Below are positions 1 to 9,356 of a stretch of DNA of 64,000 bases, piece by piece. Source of the stretch: Alphaproteobacteria bacterium (GTDB lineage: Bacteria > Pseudomonadota > Alphaproteobacteria > Bin95); NCBI GenBank assembly GCA_965205265.1, contig CBDBGH010000003.1:3488001-3552000 (forward strand), given 5' to 3'. The notes beneath the pieces were generated by a model that did not search any database, was not told where the DNA came from, and saw only the letters and a list, made by a program, of their open reading frames with translations. The position numbers and the translations under genes were made by a program. Numbering within the stretch: the stretch's first letter is position 1; each line of letters begins with the position of its first letter.

Positions 1-86
1 AAGGGCGGCGCAGGAAACGCGCCACCCTTGTCACGACCGGGAACCGGGCCGGCCTCCCGCATGAACGGGAGCCCGGCCCCGTGCGG

Positions 87-2735
87 CTACTCCGTCGTCG
101 GCGTCTGAAGCTCCGTGCCGAAGGCGCCGACCATCCGGTGGGTGCCGCCGTGTTCGGCCTGGAACTTGCCCATGATCGCGGTCGGATGGTTGCTGCCGTC
201 GCCGCCATTCTCAACCGTGCCGGGCTTGTCGTCATACAGGTTGGCCACCCAGCTCCCGGCCGGCGCCGCCTTGTTGCCGTTGATCGACCACACCGTCTTT
301 TCCGTGTTGACGATGTGGCCCTTCTGGGCATCGGTGGCCAAGCTGGGGTCGGTGGTCCAGGCCGCCTTGTTCAACGTCACGCTCCAGTCGTTCTTCATCC
401 CGTTTTTCAGCCTGAAGTCGTGGATCGTGCCGGTCAGGCCCGTGTCGGCGTTCAGGTTGGCGGTCCCGAACTGGGCCTTCAGCGTGGCCGTCGCCGTGAA
501 CTCGCCACCGCCGCCCTTCTCGTTGAGCGGGTCGTTGATGGCGTACCAGCCGATCGCGGGGCCCTCATAGGTCGCCGCCCTGCCTCGGTTGACGTTCAGG
601 CTCTTGCCGTCCGTGGCGAGATCGACGCCCCCGCCGACGGACTGGTAGAAGGCGCTGACCGCCGCCGGCATGCCGTCGGCGTCGTTCCGCACCCACCAGC
701 CGAAGTACATGTAGCTGAGGTCCCTTTCCAGCACCTTCGCGCCCGCGTCGTGGACGAAGTACCAGTCGGCGGACATGAAGTAGCCGCCGAACCCGCCTCC
801 TCCGACCCCGGTCTCGACCGTGCAGGTGCCGCTTGCGGGGCAGAAGTAGTTGCCCGGCGCGCCGTAGTAGGTGCCGGGGACCTTGATCTCCGCGCCCCCG
901 TCGGCCGGCTTCGGAGCGGTCACGGACCCTATCCCGACGGTCCACTTGTCGAACGTGGCGGATGCGATCGCCCGGTCGACCCCGGTGCCCAGGGTCAGTC
1001 TGCGCGCGTGTTTTGGGCCGCTGTTGCCGGATACGAACGGCTCGTAGGTCCCCTTGTTGATCCAGTCGGTGTCGTCCTTGAAGAACTTCGCGGCATCCAT
1101 CGGGACGACACCCCATCTCTCCAGCGGGCCGCCCTGCCGGTCGTTGTACACCCGGACCTTGTCGGTGACCTTCATGCTGCCGGAGCCGGTGGTCCTTTCG
1201 TAGTGCGTGACGTTCCACCGGCCCACCTTGTCCATGGTCGTGTCGTGCCCGGGGCGCCCCTCCGCGCCGTGCCTGAAGTACACGGCGGTGTGGGTGTTCG
1301 CAGTCGCGATGCTCCCCGCGCCGGCCGCGGGGTCGATGCGGAAGTCCCCCCGCTCGCCCCTCTGACCGGTCGCCTCCGCCGGGGCGTCGTGCTGGCTATC
1401 GGTGATACTGGTGATGTAGTACGGGACGGTCGCGAGGTTGTTCAGCGCGTTCACCGGGGCCGTTGTGTCATCGGACGGACCCATCGCCGCGTACAGCGCC
1501 CGGCCCATCCTGTGCCCGTCCATGCGCGCCGTCTTGGCGTCGCCGAAGGCGTCCTCCTGCAGGGCGAGCCTCGTGCGCAGCAACTCCTTGTTGGCCTCGG
1601 GGATGTTCGCGTCCGCGATCGCCGTCTTGGCCGCCGCGATGGCGGCTTCGACGTCGGTCACGGTGCTTTCCTCGGACAGGGACGTGATCCTGGCGATCGC
1701 GTCCATGACCGCCTTAATCTCGCCGTCCGTGATCGTCGTGACGACGCCGGCGATGCGGGTCTCCTCGGCCTTGGCCGCCATGCGGGAGTCCTTGGCCCGG
1801 TCGAGCGCGCCCTGATGCATGGCAATCTTCGAGCGAAGCTTCGCCTTTTCAGACTCGGGGATGTTTGCGCCCTCGATCTCCGCCTTGGCCGCGTCGATGG
1901 CGGCCTGGGCGTCCGTCACGGTGTCGTCGCCGGACGTGTTCGTGACCATCTTGACCGCCTCCATGGCCGCCGCGACCTGGGTGCCCTCGATGTTCTTGAC
2001 AACATGATCGTGGTAATGGCCCTGCGCCGTCTTGATCTGCCCGTCGTCAGCGTCCGCACGGTCCGCCTGAGCCTGATACCGGTCCTTTTCGTCGTCGGTC
2101 AGATCCTCGGCGCCCGCGATCGCCGCTTTCAGCTCTCTGAGAGCGGCCATGGCGGCGTCGAGCTGCGCCTTCGTGGGCGTCACGCCCGCAAACGCCGCAA
2201 GAGCCATGTCGAGCTTTCCGGAAGCCCCCGAAAGCGCGTTCATCTGCTCTTTCCGGTCCACGGCTGTCTGGGCACTGGCCAGTTGCGTCCGATACGTCGC
2301 CTTGTTGGCATCGCTCACGTCGCCCGCATCGTCCAGCGCCTCCTTGAGAGCCGCGATGGCCGCCTTGGCCGCGGCGAGCTTGTCCGCGTCCGACAGGTCG
2401 GACGTGTCGACCTCGGCGAGCGCGTCCATCAGCGCCTTCTTCTGATCCATCTCGCGAGCCATCGTCGCCAGCACCGTCTTGCGCGCCGCAGCCGCCGCCT
2501 GAAGCTTCGCGAGCTCCTCGCCGGAAACGCCGGCCGTTGCATCGGCAACGGCCTTGTCGACCGCAGCGTCCGTCGTGGCCGCCTTGATGGCCGCGTCCGC
2601 CTTCTGGTAGGGCGTCTGCGTCTGCGCCGGCATCTGCGTCGTCGTCGACGGCGAGCTTCCGCCCCCGCCGCAGCCGGCAAGCCCCAGAGCCGTGGCGGCC
2701 ATGACCGCGATCGCCCAATGCTTCACAATTCTCAT
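87..2735 (-). CDS. Surface lipoprotein with Ala-rich helical stalk and C-terminal TbpB-like beta-barrel (type XI secretion cargo), copy 1
   Basis: Signal peptide ending LAGC (Cys22) then GGGGSS; AAAGGAG RBS; C-terminal ATYEGPAIG...FTATATLKAQF...GTI...GKF...MVGAFG barrel pattern. Confidence 0.85.
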   Translation of the reverse strand: MRIVKHWAIAVMAATALGLAGCGGGGSSPSTTTQMPAQTQTPYQKADAAIKAATTDAAVDKAVADATAGVSGEELAKLQAAAAARKTVLATMAREMDQKKALMDALAEVDTSDLSDADKLAAAKAAIAALKEALDDAGDVSDANKATYRTQLASAQTAVDRKEQMNALSGASGKLDMALAAFAGVTPTKAQLDAAMAALRELKAAIAGAEDLTDDEKDRYQAQADRADADDGQIKTAQGHYHDHVVKNIEGTQVAAAMEAVKMVTNTSGDDTVTDAQAAIDAAKAEIEGANIPESEKAKLRSKIAMHQGALDRAKDSRMAAKAEETRIAGVVTTITDGEIKAVMDAIARITSLSEESTVTDVEAAIAAAKTAIADANIPEANKELLRTRLALQEDAFGDAKTARMDGHRMGRALYAAMGPSDDTTAPVNALNNLATVPYYITSITDSQHDAPAEATGQRGERGDFRIDPAAGAGSIATANTHTAVYFRHGAEGRPGHDTTMDKVGRWNVTHYERTTGSGSMKVTDKVRVYNDRQGGPLERWGVVPMDAAKFFKDDTDWINKGTYEPFVSGNSGPKHARRLTLGTGVDRAIASATFDKWTVGIGSVTAPKPADGGAEIKVPGTYYGAPGNYFCPASGTCTVETGVGGGGFGGYFMSADWYFVHDAGAKVLERDLSYMYFGWWVRNDADGMPAAVSAFYQSVGGGVDLATDGKSLNVNRGRAATYEGPAIGWYAINDPLNEKGGGGEFTATATLKAQFGTANLNADTGLTGTIHDFRLKNGMKNDWSVTLNKAAWTTDPSLATDAQKGHIVNTEKTVWSINGNKAAPAGSWVANLYDDKPGTVENGGDGSNHPTAIMGKFQAEHGGTHRMVGAFGTELQTPTTE

Positions 2736-2899
2736 GAACCCTTCTCCTTTCAGCAGGAACGCCTCGCCGGTCCCCGATGCAAACTCCGGGCAAAGTGTAG
2801 GTGGAACGCAGGGCGTGTCAACAAACTAAAACACTTCATGCGCCGTTCCCTCATGCGAGCCCCAGCGCAGGCGGAGCATAGGCGGACAGGACGGGAGAA

Positions 2900-3286
2900 T
2901 CAACAACTCCGGAGCTTCCGCTCGACCGCCACCGCCACCCGCTCGGCGGCTTGGCCGAGGGTCGCGTCGTCGAGATGGACATAGCGGTTCGTCGTGCTGG
3001 CCCGGCGGTGTCCGAGCAGGCGTCCTGCGACATGCAGGCTTTCGCCATTCATGACGGCGTGCGAGGCATGCGCATGTCGCAGGTCATGAAGCCGCGCATC
3101 CGCCACGATCCCGGCCGCATCGCGCGTCGTGGTCCAGAAATAGTGGAGTTCGTTGCTGCCCAACGGCCCGTCTCCGCTCCTGCCCGGAAACACACATTCC
3201 CCGGACGCCGATTCGGCGAGGCCGGCCAGCAACGCCCGCGCCGCTTCGCCCAGCAGAACGTGCCTCGGGCCCGTCTTGGTGTCGGG
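2900..3286 (-). pseudogene. C-terminal fragment of tyrosine integrase (identical to 3' end of the 24110..25267 gene), 5'-truncated
   Basis: HDLRH...LGH...TNRY motifs; identity with the full copy stops at 3286. Confidence 0.9.
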
Positions 3287-3516
3287 AAGAAGAGTTTATT
3301 CTGTAACCCACTATACTGCAACGATTATTGTTTTCTCTCAACGTCATTCGCGATCAAACCGAAAGCGGTTTCGGTAGCAACGCAGCGTAGAATGGCGCGT
3401 CCGTTTCGAGAAACGTTCCGTCGGGCCGTGGAGGGCCTTCGGGTCTTGGGGGATGAGGAGACGGTTATCCGCCCCTTGTCCTGCGCACAGCCGTCCGACC
3501 GCGCCCGGGTTCGATT

Positions 3517-3750
3517 CTACCGATCGAGGGTGCGCCGCCAATCTTTTCGGAGTGTGCGGAGCCAGATGTCCTTTTTCGGCTGGGCTCGTTTGGTATGCCG
3601 GTCGTAACGCCCGCGCCCCTGGGTGGTCCCGGCGTTGATCCATCCCGAGGCGCGATAGACGGCGCCGGTGTAGCGCGGGGTCTCGACGAAGGTCTTGATG
3701 AGCACGGGGGTGACGTTGTGGCGCTCGGTCCAGTCGACGGGCAGGCGTCC
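3517..3750 (-). pseudogene. DUF4338 (DruA-like) C-terminal fragment
   Basis: LPVDWTERHNVTPVLIKTFVETPRYTGAVYRASGW...TQGRGRYDR; close paralog of 44190..44502. Confidence 0.75.
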
Positions 3751-3919
3751 GCGCTCCGTCCGACGCGTCTCGCCGGCCCACCGTCCTTCTTCCGGTCTCC
3801 CCGCCCGCGCGCTCCTTGCCGGCAGGAGGGGAGGCCTGGCCGTGAGCGGGGCGGCGGTCGGGTGTCCGGGGAGGGCGTCCGGCCGCTGTTTCCCCCCACG
3901 GCATGATGGAGACGGCAGC

Positions 3920-4246
3920 ATGAGCGCAGCGATCGCGATTCCCGGCAACACCGCGGCAACCTTTCTCACCCATTTCTTCGGACCCGGCCTGTCCGACGAC
4001 GACCGCTATGTGGTCGAGCGCTACCGCACGCTCGCGAACGGCGACATTCGGCGTTGCCCGGACCCGGCGCCTGCCAGGGGCCGGCGCAAGGCGGGCCATG
4101 CCACCGCGACCTTGAAGGCGGTGAAGGAGATGCGGCCCGAGCGCAACGAGATCATCATCTGCACCGGCCTCGGCACCCGGGGCGGGGTCCAGTACTGGGG
4201 CGTCTACGCCATGGGGTTCGGTATCGACCGCCGCCAGAAGGGCTGA
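3920..4246 (+). CDS. Hypothetical protein (108 aa)
   Basis: GGAGA upstream of ATG; protein-like composition; collinear with downstream backbone genes. Confidence 0.6.
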   Translation: MSAAIAIPGNTAATFLTHFFGPGLSDDDRYVVERYRTLANGDIRRCPDPAPARGRRKAGHATATLKAVKEMRPERNEIIICTGLGTRGGVQYWGVYAMGFGIDRRQKG

Positions 4247-4379
4247 CCGCCCCCTTCCGGGACATCCTGCCGGCCCGACGCCAGCGGGGCGTCCGCCTTT
4301 CCCCTTGTTCCACGAACCGAGGAGGACGGCATGACCTGTGCCGACCCGGAAATCCGCCGAAATTCCGAGCTCGGAATTT

Positions 4380-4487
4380 CGGCGGTTATCCCGAGTCGCT
4401 TCTAATGCCGAGTCGGGTGCGGAAGTCACCTTGTCCATTGAGTTTCTCCATAGGTTTACTCGGCATTAAATTCGGGTGTCATCGCGC
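4380..4487 (+). repeat. RIT left inverted repeat (108 bp)
   Basis: Exact reverse complement of 8015..8122. Confidence 0.93.
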
Positions 4488-4527
4488 CTATGAGTCGTCC
4501 CCCCTTTCGATGAAATGGAGGACGACA

Positions 4528-6108
4528 ATGGCTTCAAGACGAGATCGCCGGCCCCTGCTGGCGACTACGGCACTGACCAGCATCGACCCGGTCATTCGAG
4601 CGTTTATCGACGATCTCCGTGTCCGTCGGGGGATCGAAGGAAATCGTGTCCGTCGCTACCGGAGCACTGCCCGACACTTCGTGGTCTGGCTTGCGTTGAC
4701 CGGTATTGCGCTGGAAACAGTCGACCGCACAGCGATCGAGCGTTTCCTCCAACACGACTGCGAGTGCAGTGCGGGAATGCCGGCGTCTGCCGGGTTCAGT
4801 CGATGGAGCAAACGCCGCTCCTGGCCTCCCCTCATGGATTTCGTCTATTTCCTCGAGCGGGCGGGCAAGATCGAGACCCCTGGCGAACTGGACGGGAATC
4901 TCCGGCTTCTCGAAGATCATCTCGATCACATGCGCGGCAGCGGCCATGCCGATAGAACCCTCGTGCTGCATCGCAGCGCATGCGCGAATCTCATTGCCTG
5001 GTTCCATTTCTCGCGGATCCCGCTGCGCGATCTAACCCCGGATGCATATGCTCGGTTCCGGTGTCGGCAGTTCATCTGTTCGATCCCCGGAGTGTTCTAC
5101 GGCCAAGGGATAAGTTCCCCCGAAGGTATTCGTTACGACCGAGCGATCCGCAAGTTCCTCGACCACCTTGTCGTGATCGGACGGATTGAACCCTTGGACC
5201 CGGTGCCGGAGGAAGAGCCGCCCGCGGTCATCGAGAGGTTCTCGGCATGGCTTGAGCGCCATCGAGGTCTCCGCCCCAAGACGATACGGCAGCACACCCA
5301 TCTGATCGCTGCCGTCCTGCCCGATCTCGGAGACGATCCCGAGGTCATTGATACGGCACTGATCCGCCGGGTGCTGTTCGAGCAACTTGAGCACCGATCT
5401 GCAAAGTATGCGAAACGGCTGACGACCGCGATGCGCGTGTATTTACGGTTCCTGGCATCGGAACATGGCACCGCGGCTACGCTGGTCGAGGCCGTGCCAA
5501 CGGTGCCCCAGTGGCGCCTGTCGGCGTTGCCGCGATACATCCCGCCCAACGATGTCGAGCGTGCTATCGCGTCGTGCGACGACGACCCGGTGGGCGCGCG
5601 AAACCGTGCCATCCTGCTGCTTCTGGCGCGACTGGCGCTGCGAGCCGGCGATGTGGTTGATCTACGCCTCGGCGATATTGACTGGGACAAGGCCGAGATC
5701 CGTGTTGCAGGCAAATCACGGCGGCAGACGGCACTGCCTCTGCCCCAGGATGTCGGCGATGCGCTCCACGCCTATATCGCGACGGTTCGGCCAAGGGTGG
5801 ACGAAGAGAAAGTCTTCCTCTGCGCCAACGCCCCCTGGCGTCCTTTCCCGGGTTCATACGTTGTCAGTTACGTGGCTCGGAGTGCGCTGGATCGTGCCGG
5901 AGTTTCCACGCTCGCCAACCCCGGTCGCGGTGCGCATGTGTTCCGCCATTCGCAAGCAACCGGGTTGCTCAGATCCGGAGCAACGCTGGACACCATCCAG
6001 TTCCTGCTTCGACACGAGTCCCGAAACAGCACGGAAATCTACGCCAAGACCGATGCGGTCATGTTGCAGGAGGTTGCACAACCCTGGATCGGAGGGATGG
6101 AAGGATGA
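4528..6108 (+). CDS. ritA: RIT tyrosine recombinase A (526 aa, extended N-terminus)
   Basis: GGAGG RBS; LALRAGDV, HVFRHS, LRH..STEIY motifs. Confidence 0.88.
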   Translation: MASRRDRRPLLATTALTSIDPVIRAFIDDLRVRRGIEGNRVRRYRSTARHFVVWLALTGIALETVDRTAIERFLQHDCECSAGMPASAGFSRWSKRRSWPPLMDFVYFLERAGKIETPGELDGNLRLLEDHLDHMRGSGHADRTLVLHRSACANLIAWFHFSRIPLRDLTPDAYARFRCRQFICSIPGVFYGQGISSPEGIRYDRAIRKFLDHLVVIGRIEPLDPVPEEEPPAVIERFSAWLERHRGLRPKTIRQHTHLIAAVLPDLGDDPEVIDTALIRRVLFEQLEHRSAKYAKRLTTAMRVYLRFLASEHGTAATLVEAVPTVPQWRLSALPRYIPPNDVERAIASCDDDPVGARNRAILLLLARLALRAGDVVDLRLGDIDWDKAEIRVAGKSRRQTALPLPQDVGDALHAYIATVRPRVDEEKVFLCANAPWRPFPGSYVVSYVARSALDRAGVSTLANPGRGAHVFRHSQATGLLRSGATLDTIQFLLRHESRNSTEIYAKTDAVMLQEVAQPWIGGMEG

Positions 6109-7034
6109 CGAAAAAAACCACCATCACCGACCATGTCGAGCGCTTTGTCGCGATGAAGCAGAAACTCGGCTACCGCTTCCCGTCGAGTGCCTGGCCACTG
6201 CAAGGCTTCGCGCGGTTCGCCGAGGATCGTAGCGAGACATTCATTCGTTCCGCGACCGCCGTCGAGTGGGCGTCGACGGCGCGATCGCAGTCGCAGCGGG
6301 TCAGGATGCTGCATACGGTTCATGCACTAGCCTGCTGGCTGCACGCCGAGGATGTTCGCCACGAAGTACCGCCTCGTGACGCTCTGGGTTATCGGTCCAG
6401 ACGCAGGCCGAAGCCGCACCTGATATCGACTCCAGACATCCAGAAACTGCTGACGGCGGCGCTTTCCGTGCCGCCCCACGGCACGATCGCCCCCCTGACC
6501 TGGCATTACATGTTCGGCCTCATCGCAGTAGCCGGGCTGCGCATCCGCGAAGCTCTCGCACTGACGCTGAATGACGTCACCCCGGACGGTTTGGTCATCC
6601 GCGACACCAAGTTCGGGAAGTCCCGGATGGTCGCGCTGCACCCGACCACCCGGCATGCGCTGAACCGTTACCTGGCGGTACGGCGCAAGGAGAAAACCCC
6701 GGACAGACATCTGTTCGTTGTCACCACTGGCGGGCCGCCTTGCTACTCCAGGGCGCAGAAAGTCTTCCAGCGGATCGCGGAACAAACGGGAATCCGCGAA
6801 CCCGGTACAGCACGCGGTCCGACACTCCACTCACTGCGCCACAGCTTCGCCGTGCGGTCATTCGAGAACCTGGAACCCGGCGCCGATCCGGACCGTCATA
6901 TGCTGGCGCTCGCCACCTATCTCGGCCACTCCCAAGTCCAGCATACCTACTGGTATCTGGAATCGACGCCTGTCCTTCTGCGCAGCATCGCCGAAGCTGC
7001 CGAGAGGGCTCACGCGCATGGGGGGATCCGATGA
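6105..7034 (+). CDS. ritB: RIT tyrosine recombinase B
   Basis: ATGA overlap; GLRIRE, DTKFGKSR, HSLRHSFA, YLGH..TYWY. Confidence 0.92.
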   Translation: MTKKTTITDHVERFVAMKQKLGYRFPSSAWPLQGFARFAEDRSETFIRSATAVEWASTARSQSQRVRMLHTVHALACWLHAEDVRHEVPPRDALGYRSRRRPKPHLISTPDIQKLLTAALSVPPHGTIAPLTWHYMFGLIAVAGLRIREALALTLNDVTPDGLVIRDTKFGKSRMVALHPTTRHALNRYLAVRRKEKTPDRHLFVVTTGGPPCYSRAQKVFQRIAEQTGIREPGTARGPTLHSLRHSFAVRSFENLEPGADPDRHMLALATYLGHSQVQHTYWYLESTPVLLRSIAEAAERAHAHGGIR

Positions 7035-8023
7035 CCGATCTTGCCCCCCACCTTACCACCTTCCTTCAGGAGCATTTGCCCAAAGAGCGGCGCTTTAGCC
7101 GGCACACCGTGCAAGGCTACACCGATTGCTTCCGGCTGCTGGTCCTCTACGCGGCCGAAAACATCGGAATCCGTCCCTGTGCCTTGAAGATCGAGCACTT
7201 CACGGTGGCGTTTCTGCTGTCCTTCCTCGAGTTCCTGGAGAACGACCGGGAAAACAGCGTCGGCACCCGCAATATCCGCCTCGCCGCCATCAAGTCCTTC
7301 TTCCGGTATGTGGAATACCGTGTCCCGGGCTGTCTTGACCTCGCATTGCAGGTGCGCGCTGTCCCGCACAAGCGTGCCAACAGGCCACTGATCGACTGGC
7401 TCGACCGGGACGAGATGCAAGCGATCCTGGACGCGCCGGACACCGCGACGGTCGCAGGTCTACGTGATCGGGCGATGCTGCACCTGTGTTATGCCGCCGG
7501 GCTCCGGGTGTCGGAGTTGATCGGGCTGACGCTCGATAGACTGTCGGGTCCACAGATGGAAACCATCCGCATCCTGGGCAAGGGGCGGCGTGACCGCGAA
7601 CTGCCGTTGTGGAAGGAAACCAGGAGCGTTCTCAACGAGTGGCTGGACGTCCGGCCGCCGGTCAATAACCGCTACCTGTTCCTCAACGCACGAGGACGGG
7701 CGATGAGCGCGGATGGCTTCGCGTACATCCTCAAGAAGCATGTCGCCACGGCTACACCGAAGGCTCCGTCGCTCCGGAGCAAGCGGGTGACCCCGCATGT
7801 GCTGCGTCATGCCACCGCCATGACGATCCTGCACGCCACCGGAGACGTCCGGAAAGTCTCTCTCTGGCTCGGCCACGCGGACATCAAAACCACCGAAGCG
7901 TATCTCCGTGCAAGCCCAGTGGAGAAACTGGAAATCCTTCAGAACAACCCACCGCCGTCCATCAGACCGGGGACGTTCCGCGGTGTGCAGGACGACCTGA
8001 TGAGTGTTCTCAGCGCGCGATGA
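7031..8023 (+). CDS. ritC: RIT tyrosine recombinase C
   Basis: ATGA overlap; GLRVSEL, GKGRRDR, HVLRHA, WLGH..TTEAY; stop codon lies inside the right IR. Confidence 0.92.
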   Translation: MTDLAPHLTTFLQEHLPKERRFSRHTVQGYTDCFRLLVLYAAENIGIRPCALKIEHFTVAFLLSFLEFLENDRENSVGTRNIRLAAIKSFFRYVEYRVPGCLDLALQVRAVPHKRANRPLIDWLDRDEMQAILDAPDTATVAGLRDRAMLHLCYAAGLRVSELIGLTLDRLSGPQMETIRILGKGRRDRELPLWKETRSVLNEWLDVRPPVNNRYLFLNARGRAMSADGFAYILKKHVATATPKAPSLRSKRVTPHVLRHATAMTILHATGDVRKVSLWLGHADIKTTEAYLRASPVEKLEILQNNPPPSIRPGTFRGVQDDLMSVLSAR

Positions 8024-8122
8024 CACCCGAATTTAATGCCGAGTAAACCTATGGAGAAACTCAATGGACAAGGTGACTTCCGCACCCGACTCGGCATTAG
8101 AAGCGACTCGGGATAACCGCCG
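8015..8122 (-). repeat. RIT right inverted repeat (108 bp)
   Basis: Exact reverse complement of 4380..4487. Confidence 0.93.
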
Positions 8123-9356
8123 GGCGCGCGACCGCGCGCGCATCGCCAGACGCACCGCCGAACGGACCGAGGCCGGCCTGTGCACGAGATGCGGCAGCAC
8201 CGGGCCTGTCCCGGAGCGCCGCCTGTGCGCGCCCTGCAACGAGAAACAGAACCGCGCGAGCCGGGCGCGGGACGCCCGCCTGCGGGCCGGCAGGAAACCC
8301 CGGCGCGACCCCGAACGGGCAAGGCGTCATGGACGTGAGCGCGACCGCAAGCTCTATGCCGAGCGCGCGGCCGCCGGCATCTGCACCAGGTGCGGCCGGG
8401 CCCCGGCGCGCCCGGACCGCACGACCTGCGGGCCTTGCGCGGAGAAGCATCGTGCGCGTGACCGCGAGCGTGACGCCCGGGCCAGGGCCCAGGGCATGCC
8501 GTATGGCGGGCGCGACCCGGAGGCCCGGCGCAAGGCCGGCCGGGAGCGCAGCCGCCGGCGCAGCGAGGCCCGCCAGGCCGCCGGCCTCTGCACCCGCTGC
8601 GGCAACACCCCGCCCGAAGAGGGCCGGACCATGTGCGGGCCGTGCCGCGCGGACAGGCGGCAGGCGAAACGCGCCCGCCATCACGGTCGCCGCGCCGCCG
8701 GATTGTGCGTCCGGTGCGCGGCGCCCGCGCCGGACGGCAGGGCGTATTGCCCGCCTTGCGCCGGGACCCGGAGCCGGCGGCGGGACCGGAAGGCGAAGCG
8801 GGAGGCCGACCGCCGGCGTTATGCCGAACGCAAGGCCCGGGGCGATTGCACCAGTTGCGGCAAGCCGGCCAACGGGGCGGCCGAGTGCCAGGACTGTCGC
8901 GACGCCGCCCGCGACCGCTACGACGCCCGCAGAACCGCCGGGGTCTGCGTCAAGTGTCAGGCACCCACCTTCGATGGCGCCGCTTACTGCGCGCCCTGCG
9001 CCGTCGTCAGGGCCGAGCGCCGCGACCGCGAGGCCGAACACGCCGCCCGCCGCGACCGCTATGCCGGTCGGAGGGCCCGGGGCCGCTGTGTCGCCTGCAA
9101 CGCGCCCTCGCCGGGCGTGGCGCGTTGCGAGCCCTGTTCGCGCAGGCACCGCGAGAGTTCGGGCGCGTTCCGCGGCATCCCGTTCTGGGACCCGCAGTAT
9201 ACGGTGATCGAGATCGCCACCGGGCGCGAGCACGGGCCGTTCGACAGCGAGGCCGATGTCGCGCTCTGCCTCGTCTTCGAGAAGCTCTCGCGCGACGAGG
9301 TCGAGGTGCTGTGCGATGCCAGCCCCATGGCTTTGCTGACGGCGCCACCCTGGTGA
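8064..9356 (+). CDS. Arg-rich protein with seven CxxC...CxxC Zn-finger-like repeats; native start (MTCADPEIRR) stranded at 4331 by the RIT insertion
   Basis: Seven paired CxxC units separated by Arg-rich linkers; GGAGG-ATG at 4321-4333 joins in frame across the duplicated CCGCCG. Confidence 0.8.
   Translation: MDKVTSAPDSALEATRDNRRARDRARIARRTAERTEAGLCTRCGSTGPVPERRLCAPCNEKQNRASRARDARLRAGRKPRRDPERARRHGRERDRKLYAERAAAGICTRCGRAPARPDRTTCGPCAEKHRARDRERDARARAQGMPYGGRDPEARRKAGRERSRRRSEARQAAGLCTRCGNTPPEEGRTMCGPCRADRRQAKRARHHGRRAAGLCVRCAAPAPDGRAYCPPCAGTRSRRRDRKAKREADRRRYAERKARGDCTSCGKPANGAAECQDCRDAARDRYDARRTAGVCVKCQAPTFDGAAYCAPCAVVRAERRDREAEHAARRDRYAGRRARGRCVACNAPSPGVARCEPCSRRHRESSGAFRGIPFWDPQYTVIEIATGREHGPFDSEADVALCLVFEKLSRDEVEVLCDASPMALLTAPPW

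Larger units (their letters stand above)
1..3286. repeat. Direct repeat, apparently identical to 21211..24496 (offset 21210); runs off the left window edge
   Basis: Sequence lines and all ORF translations match between copies until GTCGGG at 3286/24496, where they diverge. Confidence 0.95.
4380..8122 (+). mobile_element. RIT element (recombinases in trio) inserted into the Zn-finger repeat gene
   Basis: Three overlapping tyrosine recombinase genes between perfect 108-bp inverted repeats carrying TAATGCCG motifs. Confidence 0.92.

Noticed and set aside
81-2984. 967-aa plus-strand ORF (and its 1059-aa twin at 21015..24194)
   Set aside because: Antisense shadow of the lipoprotein gene; Arg/Gly/Val-rich with no motifs, typical of high-GC DNA.
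3344-4438. 364-aa minus ORF starting MDKVTSAPDSALEATRDNRR
   Set aside because: The shared N-terminus comes only from the RIT inverted repeat; the rest is low-complexity and overlaps better-supported genes.
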